From positions 6,510,001 to 6,574,000 of the forward strand of contig NC_058368.1 in the NCBI RefSeq assembly GCF_018350175.1: DNA of 64,000 nt. Reading direction: 5' to 3'. This document shows positions 47,626 to 59,437 of this stretch, piece after piece (position 1 is the stretch's first letter; each line of letters opens with the position of its first letter). The notes under the pieces were generated by a model, which worked only from the letters and a program-made list of their open reading frames with translations, was not told the DNA's origin and made no database searches. Origin of the DNA: Felis catus. Lineage: Eukaryota. The translations under genes and the position numbers were made by a program.

Positions 47626-50187
47626 TTTAAATCTGAGTATTGCCTGGTTTCTCTTTCTTTCCTGCCTCACTTCTCTACCCTTACCAGTATTTCCTGGGCA
47701 TATACCCAAAACGCATTACTTATACTAAATCTTTGTCTCAGAGTCTGCTTCCTGGGAAACCCAAACTGAGACAGAAAAGCTGAATGTTGCGTGTCCTTCT
47801 AGGAATATCGCAACACTTGGTAGCATATTGAGGCTGTAAGAAATCTTCCATAAAGAAACATTTCTTTGAGTTTTATCCAGAGTTTCGCAAACTTTCTAAG
47901 CCAGGAAACCCCTTGGAATGTTCTTGCATTTAGTTGGAAATGGTGCTGTAGGGCTGGCAGAGTGCACGTAGTCGGTCATGATCGTTGCTGGGCGAGCAGG
48001 GTGAGGTCCAGGAGGACCCACGGGCCACCAAAGACGTTTCGGGTGGAGGGAGAAAACAGTATCTTCAGTCCAACATCGAATTGCACGTATTCATACTCCG
48101 ACTATTTAACAGTGTTATTTGGGGGCTGATATTCTTCTTATTAAAATTAAATGGCATGAAATTTGAATTAGCTCAATTGAATTCATTTCCTTCTCTAACG
48201 TATTTATCTGTGACTCAGAGGAGTTCAGGAAAAGGCCGTCTTGGGCTCGTTCAATAATATACAGCTCCGTGCTCCCTAATCTGGACTCTGAAAGTACCCC
48301 CGGGGCCGGGAGGAGATGGAAACACCACAATTGCCACCCTTCATCTACTCGGCTTGGAAACAGGGGTAAAAATGACACCAGCTTCATTGGGGTTGTATTT
48401 TGAGATTAAATTAATGCACGTGAAACTCTTGGAGCAGGGCCCGGCCAGAATAAAAAGGAGCTCGTGAAATGCTCAGTGTTGTCATTCCTGAGAGTGTCCT
48501 TCCACTCAGGCCCAAGGAGTAAGTACTAAAGGATTGGACTGGGACCCTAACTCCAGGGTAACCTAGGCCTCTTCCTTTTCTGTGAGTTTTAATTTTCCAA
48601 TCCATGAAGGAGCCGTGCCTTTCCAGGTTGGGGGAGGTGACAGGCACAGCTGACACCCCGCGGTGTGAACCGGGCCGTGGGTCTCGCTTTTCAACCCCAG
48701 CGCTGCTGAAACTTGCTAAGGCCCCCCAGAGATAAGGACAGTGAGCTAGCAGATTTTCATATCATACACTTGCTCGAAGGTCTCAAAGACAAGGTCTCTG
48801 CTGGCTTTCTGTGGTTCAACCCAGTCACCGAGCCATCCACGTTTCTGGTCGCGCTGCACTGACAGGAAGGTTCATTGTCCAGGGTGGGTGTAAAGAGGTC
48901 GGGAGCTCTCACCGGACGAACAGAACATTCTCACCTTGCTCTGCTGACACCCATGGGGCTCCAGACCCTTGATGATGCCAGGTCTCGGGGATTTCAGACC
49001 TAAGGGTTGTAGACACAGCAATTTCCTCATAGAAATTTGCGAGTGGAAGGAACCATGGCAGCCACCACTTCAACTTCATTAAGTCACAGAAGAGGTGACC
49101 CAGAGCTGAGGAAAGGGTTCATTTCCTCAATCCCCTCTGTATTCTCTCTTCGCTGCCCACGCCTTTGACTTTGATTATGTACCACTGAGTGCCCACCCCT
49201 CATTGCCCTTGAGGGAAATCTTATGGTACCTTGGGGGAGGGGGGTTAAGTTAACCTTAATGAACCAGAATGACCACCATTCTAGAATTGTCTCTCAGTCA
49301 GAAAGTGGGAGGTTTTACTGAGTTTTTTGAAGAATGAGTCAAATGACAGAGATAACATGACACTTAGTTTTCGAAACAAATAAATCCTGCACGCATATGT
49401 TAAAGATTTACCCTTACTCAGCCAGTTCTTTGTTGAGAATCAACAAATCTGGGGTGGGGGTGGGGACGGGGGTTTTCAAACTGCCCTTGCAATCCATTAG
49501 CGGATTATGAAATCAGCGAGCAAAATTTCTTAGAAAATAAAATTGGAAAAATGCATACAAAAGAGTAATTTTTTTTATATAAAACTTTTGCATCAATTCT
49601 ATATAAACATACGTATATATGTGTACTCTTGGGGTAGCAATTAACCCAACTGTGGGGTGTGGTCAAAATAAACGTGACAAACACTGATGGGGTCCATTGC
49701 CACCATTTTTCAGATGAAGGCACAACAGGCCCCCACGGATTAATCGCCCTGCTCCCGCTCACCAGCTGGATTTGTCCTAAGCTCACTGATCCGGAGTGTT
49801 CTCTGCTGGGTACCTGACTTTCTCCACTTCACCGTTAAAGCACTAGGTCGTCAGAACGGTCACCTCGGGTCCCCACAAGATTCTGTCATTACTAAACGAT
49901 TAGATTTTGCTTAGCAAATCATATTTCCTTTTGCAGGAAAACGGACTAACCCATCTTAAAAAGATTTATTGTGAGGGTTGACAGGCAAGAGGTTTTCTAG
50001 CGAGTATTTCCTCGGTTAGGAATGATCATCTATTAGAACCATCCCATCTCAGTCTCTGAGGATTCCAGTTGACTGTATACACTTTCATAGCCTCCTGTCC
50101 CCCTGCCCCATCCCTTCCCAGCCCCATTTCTTAGCATCATGTTGAGCACACATGTCCACTTGAGTCTGTCTTAGAACTGTCTTGACT

Positions 50188-50281
50188 GGGGCTCCTGGCT
50201 GGCTCAGCTGGTAGAGAATGCAACTCTTAATCTCAGTGTCATGAGTTCAAGCCCCGAGCCCACTTAAAAAAAAAAAAAAAA
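50188..50281 (+). mobile_element. Short Can-SINE (tRNA-like head plus A tail)
   Basis: ggggctcctggctggctcagctggtagag...gagttcaagcccc followed by poly(A). Confidence 0.85.
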
Positions 50282-50434
50282 GAATTGCCTGGGTGGGTGG
50301 AGGGAAAATTACTAGTTCCTTGCTGCTGCTGTTCTGGAAAGGTCCCAATGAAGCCTGGGTGTTACAGGAGCCCATGCTTTAGTCTAGTTTTGGGGAAGCA
50401 TTCTTACATGTGCACACCACATCTTGTTTATTGC

Positions 50435-50543
50435 TTCCATTTTGTTTTCAAATTTCTGTAATACATACACCCAATGTGGGGCTCACACTCATGACCCTGA
50501 GATCAAGAGTTGAACGCACTGTTGACTGAGCCAGCCAGGCATC
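50435..50543 (-). mobile_element. Short or partial Can-SINE
   Basis: cccaatgtggggctc...ctgagatcaagagt...gactgagccagccaggca. Confidence 0.8.
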
Positions 50544-50930
50544 CTCTGGGGCACCGTTCTTGAGCTCTGGTGCATACTGGCTTAAGCCAGATGTTACTGA
50601 CCAATTACATGGGGCAGCCTACCCAACTTCAGTCAGCAAATTATGATGTGTTTTGACCTTTGGAGTCAAACGTATGTGGGCTCACATCTCAGCTCTACAA
50701 CACATTGACTTATAACCTTGGGAAGTTCTGCAACCTCATTGAGCTTCAATATTTTCATCATTCATTCGGCAAATATTTCTCGAGTAGACTATGTATGTGT
50801 CAGGAATTGTGCTAGGAGAACAGAACAAAGCAGTGCCCGCATGGATGGAACTCAAAGTGTACAAGGAGATCCATTGCACAAATAGTCATTTAATTGTAAT
50901 TGTGGAGAATCATCAAAGCAATGTTATAAA

Positions 50931-51056
50931 TAGAAATATTAAATATCATAGAAATGTTAATAAAACAGAAATATTAAATATCGTAGAAATGTTAATAAAA
51001 CAGAAATATTAAATATCATAGAAATGTTAATAACATAGAAATATTAAATATCATAG
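50931..51056. repeat. 35-bp AT-rich minisatellite, about 3.6 copies
   Basis: Unit agaaatattaaatatcatagaaatgttaataaaac, itself an 18+17 bp dimer. Confidence 0.95.
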
Positions 51057-52215
51057 TGATTCAATAAAAGAATAAAAGACTTCATAAAAATATTTTAAGA
51101 CATATCAAGATAGTAAATATTTAAGATAGTTCTTTGAGACCAGGAGACCCCAACCTGTTAACACTGGGAAGACAGGGGAAATCACATTGAAGAAGCGATT
51201 TTTGAGGCCATCCCTAAAGAAGGTGACAGCCATTTACATTCAGAGAGGTAAATGTGGGGGCCAGGGGAAGAGCACTCCAAGTGGAGGACAGCACATACCA
51301 AGGGCCTGAGGTTACTGAGGTCACAGAGTGGTGCAGGCAAAGGAGTGGAGAAAGCCAGTGCAGCTTTCTAGCTGGAGGAAGAGAATGGTGAGATGTGGAA
51401 TGGGCGGGGGGGGGGGGGGGTGCTCTCAAGAACAGGAAAATAAAGCCCCGGTAAGGGCTTCTGTGAAAATTATTGAGTTAAGGTAGCTAATGCAACTAAA
51501 CTACTTAGAACATGAAAAACGAACAGCTAGGATTAGGGGAGTATTTAATAATTTACAAACCAGAGTTGGAAGCCCTTATTTTGGAAGACACCAGAATTTC
51601 TGTGGCCAGTGTTGCTCCCCACCTGAAGCTCAGAAAATAGCATTGGCATCACCCCCTCAAGCCCCACCCCCAGGAGGCACCCCCAATTCCTCTTTTCCTT
51701 GGAGCTCGCATTTGATCCATAGCTCTACAGCCCACAGACCTCTTTAACCACTCCACCTCGCGCGTCTCCACTACTAACACCCTAGTATCCATCCCAGACT
51801 TGGGGCAACAGTCTAAGATGAGGGTTTACATGCCGGACATTTGTCACGTTCAACACATCCAAGGGTGGGGACAAGGAATGCAGTCCTGGGCAGAGGGGGA
51901 GCTGAAGTTCAGGGGTACCAGAAGCCTCTGCCAATGCCATGGGGAGCTCTGGATGGCTCTGGATGGCTCCAAATTGAGGCAAGGAGACCAGGCTTTTGCA
52001 TTCTACTCGTCAGAGACCAGTCACTGGCTGCAGGCCGTCGCGGAGTGAGACAATCCCCCAAGAAGGGGCAGCCGGCCCTCTTTCCAGCTGGAAGGATGAA
52101 TGTTCGGGCCAAATGCCTCCTCTAGAAGGTGAGCTCCCAGGGGTCTGGCAAGTCGTCTTGTTTCCCAATGTGTCTCCAGGGTCCAGAATATTAGGTGCTT
52201 AAAAATATATGTTCA

Positions 52216-52438
52216 GGGGCGCCTGGGTGGCGCAGTGGGTTAAGCGTCCGACTTCAGCCAGGTCACGATCTCGCGGTCCGGGAGTTCGAGCCCCACGTCG
52301 GGCTCTGGGCTGATGGCTCAGAGCCTGGAGCCTGTTTCCGATTCTGTGTCTCCCTCTCTCTCTGCCCCTCCCCCGTTCATGCTCTGTCTCTCTCTGTCCC
52401 AAAAATAAATAAACGTTGAAAAAAAAATTAAAAAAAAA
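52216..52438 (+). mobile_element. Young felid Can-SINE
   Basis: TSD aaaaatatatgttca at 52201-52215 and 52434-52448. Confidence 0.97.
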
Positions 52439-52577
52439 TATATGTTCACTGAAAGCCAATTATTAGTTTATAATTCCACCGATCATTTTGAGAAGTGGGA
52501 GTGGGATATGAGTTTCTCACGGGATTATTGGCGGGATTATAAAAGGAAAGAGCGTAAGAGAGGACAGAAAACAGAGG

Positions 52578-52686
52578 ATATATATATATGGATATATATA
52601 TGGATATATATAATATATATAATATAACGTTATATTATATAACATGTATATACATATTATATAACATATATATACATATATATATG
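52578..52686. repeat. (TA)n-rich low-complexity repeat
   Basis: atatatatatggatatatata...tatatacatatatatatg. Confidence 0.9.
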
Positions 52687-52870
52687 TTTATTTCTATTTA
52701 TTTTAAGAGAGATAGCAAGCAGGGAGGGACAGAGAGAGAGGGAGACAGAATCCCAAGGATTCTGTCAGTGCAGAGCTTCACGTGGGGCTCGAACTCACCA
52801 ACAGTGAAATCATGACCTGAGCCGAAATCAAGAGTCGGACACTTGACTGACTGAGCCACCCAGGTCGCCC
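52685..52870 (-). mobile_element. Can-SINE
   Basis: SINEC consensus, reverse orientation. Confidence 0.92.
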
Positions 52871-52939
52871 TAGAGGATGTATTTTTAAGGAGAAAACCTA
52901 TATAGTTTTATTACTCTTGCAGACATCGTGTGAAGGATT

Positions 52940-53125
52940 AATTTTTTAAGATTCATTTATTTCTTTTGAGCGAGAGAGAAAACGAGCTGGGGAGGCACAG
53001 AGGATCCAAAGCAGGCTCTACACTGACAGCAGGGAGCCCAATGCAGGGCTCAAACCCAATGAACTGTGAGATCAGGACCTAAGCGGAAGTCAGCTGCTTA
53101 ACCGACTGAGCCACCCAGGTGCCCC
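52940..53125 (-). mobile_element. Can-SINE
   Basis: SINEC consensus, reverse orientation. Confidence 0.9.
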
Positions 53126-53846
53126 GACAGAGTTACTTTAAAATAGTCGTCTCAACTGTGGGTCTCAGCCTGGAGGACGGGGCATTTGGCTTTAATAAGT
53201 CTCCCGGCTGATTCTGTGTGGCCAAGATTGAGAACCGGTGCTAGAAAAGGTGAGAAGGGTAGACAATTGACTCTGACTCAGCAGAGATCCAACCGAGGAA
53301 TAGTCACGCGCCTTGTGAAGCATCACTTCCGTCTGGCCACAGAGGGGCTGCAGACGCCACAACCAGCAGCATCCACGGGGCCAAGAGGCCAGGGTGCACA
53401 GACATTTGAGGTAGATTTGATCTTCATGGAATTTAGCAGTTCAGCGGCAGTGACCCACGTTCCCTGGTCCATTTGACACGGTGTCTGCTTTTATTTATCC
53501 TGAAGAGAGTTGAGAAAAAAAAATCACAAAGGAAATCAGTTGCACCTGTTTCTATAAATGATAACTGTGTCCTAGTTTTCCCGAGGCTGAGATTCACTTG
53601 CTGTTCCTTTTTCAGAGTCATCGCTGCCGTGAGTGCAAAATGTTTACACCCAAAAACAACCTGGACAAGATCGTTTTGAGGGTTTTCTTCGCGGAGGCAC
53701 TCGGTTCCTTTTTTTTTTTTTTTTTTTTTCCTCCTCTTGCTTTCTAATTTTAGGTATGTTCTGTCGTGTGGGGCTCAGGTCCGCCCTGGAAGCAGAATGC
53801 ATTCCTGCCAAACAGGAGTTGTCTTTGTTAGTGTTAGAAATTCTTG

Positions 53847-54056
53847 GGGGAGCTGGGTGGCTCAGTTGGTGGAACGTTCAACTCCTGACTGCGGCTCAGG
53901 TCGCGGTCTCGTGCTTCGTGGGATCGAGCCTCACGTCGGGCTCTGCCCTGATTTAGGGGAGCCTGCTTGGGATTCTCTCTCTCCCTCTCTCCCCCTTCCT
54001 CCCTCCCCTGCCTTCTGGCTCTCTCAAAATAGGGAAATCAACTTAGAAAAAAAGAA
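53847..54056 (+). mobile_element. Can-SINE
   Basis: SINEC consensus. Confidence 0.9.
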
Positions 54057-54059
54057 ATG

Positions 54060-55010
54060 ATTTTTTTTTTATCGTGGTAGACATACAGAATCTAAACTGT
54101 ACCATTTTATCTATTTTTAAGTGTGCGTCCTATACATTCGCTTTATTGGGCAGCCATACACCATCCACCTCCAGAACCCCTTCATCTTCCCAAACAGAAA
54201 TCCCTCAGACGGGTGCAATCGTGCAGTATTGGTCCTTCTGTGTCCGGTTTATTTAGCGCAATGTCCTCAAGTTCTTCCTTTTTTTTTTTTTTTTTTTGTC
54301 AGTAACTCTTTTTTACTTTTTATTTTCAGTTGTGGTAAGACACACGTAACGTAAGTTTTACCATCTTCACCCTTTCTAAGTGTGTAGCTCACTAGCGTTA
54401 AGTAAATTCTCATTGGTGTGCAACACGTCTCCAGAACTTTCTCACCTTGAAAAGCTGCAACTCTCTGTCCGTGTGAAACCACCGCGCCTCCCGCCCCTCC
54501 CCCCAGCCCCTGGCAGCCACCTGCCTTCGGACTTCCTGTCTCTGGGGATTTGAGTGCTTTAGAGACCTCAAGTAAGAGGCATCCTACGGTATTCGTCATT
54601 TTGTGACTGGTTTATTTCACTTATTATCGTGTCCTGAAGGTTCATTCATGTTGTAGAATGTGTCACAACTTCCTTTTTTAAAAAAAATTTTTTTTTAAAT
54701 GTTTACTTATTTCTGAGACAGAGAGAGACAGAGCATGAGCGGGGGAGGGGCAGAGAGAGAGGGGGACCCAGAATCCAAAGCAGGCTCCAGGCTCCGAGCT
54801 GTCAGCCCAGAGCCTGACTCGGGGCTCGAACTCACGGACCGCGAGGTCATGACCTGAGCCGAAGTTGGACGCTCAGCCAACTGGGCCACCCTGGCGCCCC
54901 TGGACTTCCTTTTTCTAAGGCTGAATAACGTTCCCTCGTATGCACGCACCCCTGCGCACATCAGCGGACACGGGCGGTTTCCACCTCTCGGCGGTTGCGA
55001 GTGAGGCTGC
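54060..55010 (-). mobile_element. Old L1 (L1MB-like) 3' fragments, interrupted by a SINE
   Basis: cccagcccctggcagccacc...ttttgtgactggtttatttcactt...ttcctttttctaaggctgaataa...tttccacct. Confidence 0.85.
54675..54900 (-). mobile_element. Can-SINE
   Basis: SINEC body, TSD acttccttttt. Confidence 0.95.
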
Positions 55011-55872
55011 TTATTTGGTTGCGCAAAAAGGTTAGTAACTCTTGAGTGGATGGCATGAGACCTGGAGCCACGATCCACAGCCGAGGCGACCCGAGAGGCG
55101 TCAGATCAGCATTTGCTGTTGGAAGCAGCCGATCACGTTCTGCGGGATTGTGATTTGAAGACTTCGGATCCTGGCCTAAACAGTCGGCTGTAACTCCGGG
55201 CTACTTCGGAAAGTCGCCTGCACCCGGAGCGCAGTTCGCGTGGAGTCTTGTGAGATCGGTTGCTTAGGAACCGTTTGACAATCTTCACTGATTTAACCAA
55301 TCAATGAGGGGCGAGGGAGTTGGAGCACCTAACCATCCTTTTTAGTGTTAGCTCATCAAACACCGGAGGCCCTATATATTTTTTTGCAGGTCGCTCAGGT
55401 CGTGTCTGCAAAGCTGCGCGAGACAGAAACCTGTTGTGAGAAGCCTCCGGTCCAAGTGTTCTCTGTGCACAAAGGGCGTTGCAGCTATAAGACTCCAAAG
55501 TAAAAATCAGTTTGGCGGTTATACCGGAGGCGCTTAAGAATGGTAAGATTGGGGAAGGAGAAGGGAAAAATTCCAACGTCAGACCAAGCGCATGCGCAAA
55601 GGAAGACATGAGCAAAAAGCGGAACAAAGATGCAATGATCGATTTTTATGGAGCAAGTCGAAAACATTGGGAATAACCAACTCCTGAGGCCTTATCTACA
55701 ATTCCGGTGTCCCCAGACTGAGGACTTGTTATTATTATTTATTTCTTCTTTCTCTCATTTGCTGGCACCTGACCCGAAATGGGGCGAGGCAAATTAGGAT
55801 CCCTCTTCATGACGCTTCAGGTGGCTGTTCACAGTCTTGGCCACGGAAACGTTAATGAGTTTCATTAGGGGG

Positions 55873-56003
55873 TACAGTCCTACACCCCGGGGCTGGTGCA
55901 CTACATGTATCTTTGCACGCTATTACCTTCCCCAAATCTGCAGACTTCTGATGCCTGAAACACATTTGGCCTTAAAGGCTGTGTGTGAGAGACTGTGGGT
56001 CTG
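55873..56003. mobile_element. Tigger-derived (MER46-like) remnant
   Basis: ctgaaacacatttggcc...gactgtgggtctg terminal motif. Confidence 0.45.
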
Positions 56004-56766
56004 TTCAGCACACCCAAGGGGCAGAGAAAAAAATAGCTACCGAAAATGACTTAGCAAAGGAGGCGCTTGGATTGCTCTCGGCAGGCTGTGTTATCTGCCT
56101 GGTTCTCTCTTTGGGAAAGGAAACAACCTAGTGATAATTAGATATGCTGCCTTGCTTATTTTCGGGAGGAAAAGGCGTCAGATGGGAGTTGTTTTCCTGT
56201 GGCACCGAGCCCTGAGCAGAAGCGTTGAAGGAAGGGAAAGAGCAAGAAAACGGAGCTGGCCCCGGAGTCCTTGTGTGTGTGGCCCCGCAGGGACCCACCG
56301 TGGTCCTTCCAGCCCCGCCCGCGTGTGCGCGCCCTCCTGTGTGTGAGGGTGCACGCCTGTGTGCAGCGGGGGCTGGCGAGTCCTTTCCTTTGGGGATGGG
56401 GAACAGAGCAGGCGCTGTGGACATGGAGGTGGGAGAGAGAGGGGAGGACCCGCGACTCATGTCTGTTCTGGTGAGACATAAAAACGTGGCAGGCCGACGC
56501 AGAAAAAGGGAAGTGCTGAGTGTGTGTGCACCTGTCGGTCGCCGTGTATCCTCCGCTTGTAGACACGGTCAGCGTCTGAAGCCAGACGCGAGGAACGCCC
56601 AATACGCGCCCCACACACAGACTAATTGTGTTTCAGCCCCGTTCTTCACCGTCTGCATCGGTTTCCGACGACAAACCAGGGCGCTGCCTGTCTCAGAACC
56701 CAGGCGAGAGTTTCAAAGCTGAGGACCACGAACGACGAGAGCTCTGTATTCTGAAGGAAAGTTCTA

Positions 56767-56992
56767 GGGGCGCGAGGGTGGCGCAGTCGGTTAAGCATCG
56801 GACTCTTGATCTCAACTCAGGCCATGATGTCACGGTTCGTGGGTTCGAGCCCCGTGTTGGGCTCTGAAATGACAGAGCACGGAGCCCTGCTTGGGATTCT
56901 GTCTCCCCCTGCCTCTATCCCTTCCCCGCTTGCCCTCTCTCTTGCTTTCTCTACATAAATAAATTAACTTTAAAAAAAAAAGAAAGAAAGAA
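56767..56992 (+). mobile_element. Can-SINE
   Basis: SINEC body, TSD gaaagt.cta. Confidence 0.94.
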
Positions 56993-58161
56993 AGTGCTAG
57001 ACTCATCCATGTGGTTAAAATACGGCTAGGTCGGTCCGATAACCACGACCCCAGACTTAACAAGGGGGCTGGAGTTTTCTTGAGAAGAAATCTTTGAAAG
57101 GAATTCATGGGCACAGAGTAGAGCGGTGGCGCCTCTCCATGGCACAGCAGAGCAGAGACAGTGCCTCCCCCTGAGCCCCTGCCCCCCACCTCCTCAAGCC
57201 AGGCAGGGGACCCCCCAGACAAGGCGTCAAAGACTGCCAAACAGTCACTGAGCTGGGGAAACAACCCCTATGCCCAGCCCATGCCGCTTCCAGGGCAGAC
57301 AGCTCTTGAGAGTGTGTGATCTGTGTCCCTGGGATTTTGGGGTACTCCTGAAGAGGGAGACTGGAACCAGGTAGGAGAGGGGAGAGAAGGCACCAGTGGC
57401 GGGGGGGGGGGGTAAGGAATGTCCCTGCGGAGGGAAATCAGGCCCACGTCACCCTGAAGGATCCCACCCAAGAGACGTTTTAACCAAGGCTGTGGGTGCA
57501 TCGTAGGTCCAGAAGCTAAAGGAAAGGTCACAACAGACTAGCCCAGCAGTACAGCTCACACAAGGGAAAGCAAGGATTTGAAAGTCTTTCAAAACCAAAG
57601 CCCTTTGCCAGACAAGTGAGAGCACGAATGGCACCTCCAAGCTTAAAGGTCCTTTTGCCTCTTGTCTTGTGCCCCTCTCCCATCCCATCCCAAACCTGGA
57701 GGAGGCAGAGGGTGTGGGGAGGGGCTGAAGTTAAAGATCAGACCAAGCTCCCCCTCCTTTCCTTAATTCCCACCCCACCCCACCCCCTGGCCAGGCTGCG
57801 GGCGGGGCCCGAAGGAGAGGGAGACCGAGGTCGCTGGTTGCCCCTGCTGAAGGCTGTCCCTCTAATGGTCTTTCCCGGTTGGGGTATGGAGTGCTCCCTG
57901 GATTCACGTTTTCCATCCCTCCTGGGAGAAGAAAATTATCTCTTTCTTCTCTCTGTTCTTTCTTTCTGGAATTCTGACTAGATGTCTCATCCGTGTCTGT
58001 TATCTCTTTCATATTTTCCACATCCTTAACTTCCGGGTGATTTCTTTGGGTAAAAACCTTAGCGTCTGACTCTTTCTCCAGCTCTGTCTAATCTGCTATT
58101 TGACACTTCTGCTGAGTTTTTATTTCAGCTGTGATGGCACTTTTTTCATTCGAGAATTCTG

Positions 58162-58375
58162 ATTTTTTTTTAACTTTTTAAATGTTTATTTATTTTTGCA
58201 GAGAGAGAGACAGAGCATGAGTAGGGGAGGGGCAGAGAGAGGGACACAGAATCGGAAACAGGCTCCAAGCTCTGAGCCATCAGCCCAGAGCCCGACACGG
58301 GGCTCGAACTCACTGACCGCGAGATCGTGACCTGGCTGAAGTCGGACGCTCAACCGACTGAGCCACCCAGGCCCC
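58162..58375 (-). mobile_element. Young felid Can-SINE
   Basis: cgtgacctggctgaag variant, TSD gaattctgatt. Confidence 0.95.
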
Positions 58376-59074
58376 CGTCTCGAATTCTGATTCTTAACAT
58401 CCCCTCTTATTATTCCTGATCATCCCTTGCTGATTGAGCTTTGTGGTTGAATTTATTCCCCTTATCGCTCGTACGTAGCTCGTCTCGTCTGTATTCTCTG
58501 ACAACTCCAATGTCTACGGTCCTTGGCCAGCTAAATCGGCTGCCTCTTGTTCCTGTTGACTGTCTGACTCCCAGTGCCTTGCTCTCTTGTGTCTGGTTAT
58601 CTTGGGCCGTGAGCCCATCGCTTGATCTTAATCTGCGTCGATACTGTGGGCCCACACTGGGGCGTATGGAAGCTCTCCTGCGGTGAGTATTTGCTTTGTC
58701 TTTGCTCAGTCTACACGGAGAGCTTCAGAGATCTCTCTGATCTTCTGTGAGACCAGCAGTATGTCTGTTGTGTCTTTTCCAGGCTTCTGCTGTCTCCCAA
58801 GAGGAGACTTCTTTGCCCTCCTAGGCTGTTGGCCCAATTGACCTTTTTAGCCACTATTTACAGTCACAGAGAAGTGTTTTACACGTACGTATACATCTTA
58901 GCACAAAATCTTAGCAACAAAATCATGTTGTTTGCTATTGTTTCTTGCTGCTACTTCCCGTGATTTGGGGGCAAGTGACTTAACTTTTGGAAGCCAGAGA
59001 TTCCTCATCGGTAAGTGGGAATGTCCATACCCGTTTTGTAGAATAAATAATAAAACAGCCCGAGTAAAGCAGCT

Positions 59075-59226
59075 GGCTCGATGCCTGGTTGGTTGAGCAT
59101 CCAACTCCTGACTTTCGCTCAGGTCACGGTCCCAGGGTCGTGGGATCGAGCCCCGTGTCGGGCTCCGTACTAAGCATGGAGCCTGCTTATGATTCTCCCT
59201 CTCTCTCTCTCTCTCAAAACAAAAAA
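59075..59226 (+). mobile_element. Can-SINE
   Basis: gctcaggtcacggtcccagggtcgtgggatcgagcccc followed by (CT)n. Confidence 0.88.
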
Positions 59227-59227
59227 C

Positions 59228-59437
59228 GGGGGCACATAGGTGGCTCAGTGGGTTAAGCGTCCGACTCTTGGTTTTGGCTCAGGTCGTGATCTCACGGTCT
59301 GTGAGTTTGAGCCCCGCATCAGGCTCCATGCTGGCGGCACGGATCCCGCCTGGGATTCTCTCCCACCCTGTCTCTCTGCCCCTCATCTGCTCTGTCTCTT
59401 AAAATAAACTTAAAACAAAGCAAAACAAAACAAAACA
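59228..59437 (+). mobile_element. Can-SINE in tandem with the previous one
   Basis: SINEC consensus, (CAAAA)n tail. Confidence 0.92.

Noticed and set aside
55195..55235. GAAAGTCGC resembling group II intron domain V
   Set aside because: The complementary 5' arm and catalytic triad context are absent.
55500..55676. Peptide GEGEGKN...MIDFYG resembling Walker A/B of a circovirus Rep
   Set aside because: Motif sequence and spacing do not fit and the frame is short. Only BLASTX could revive it.
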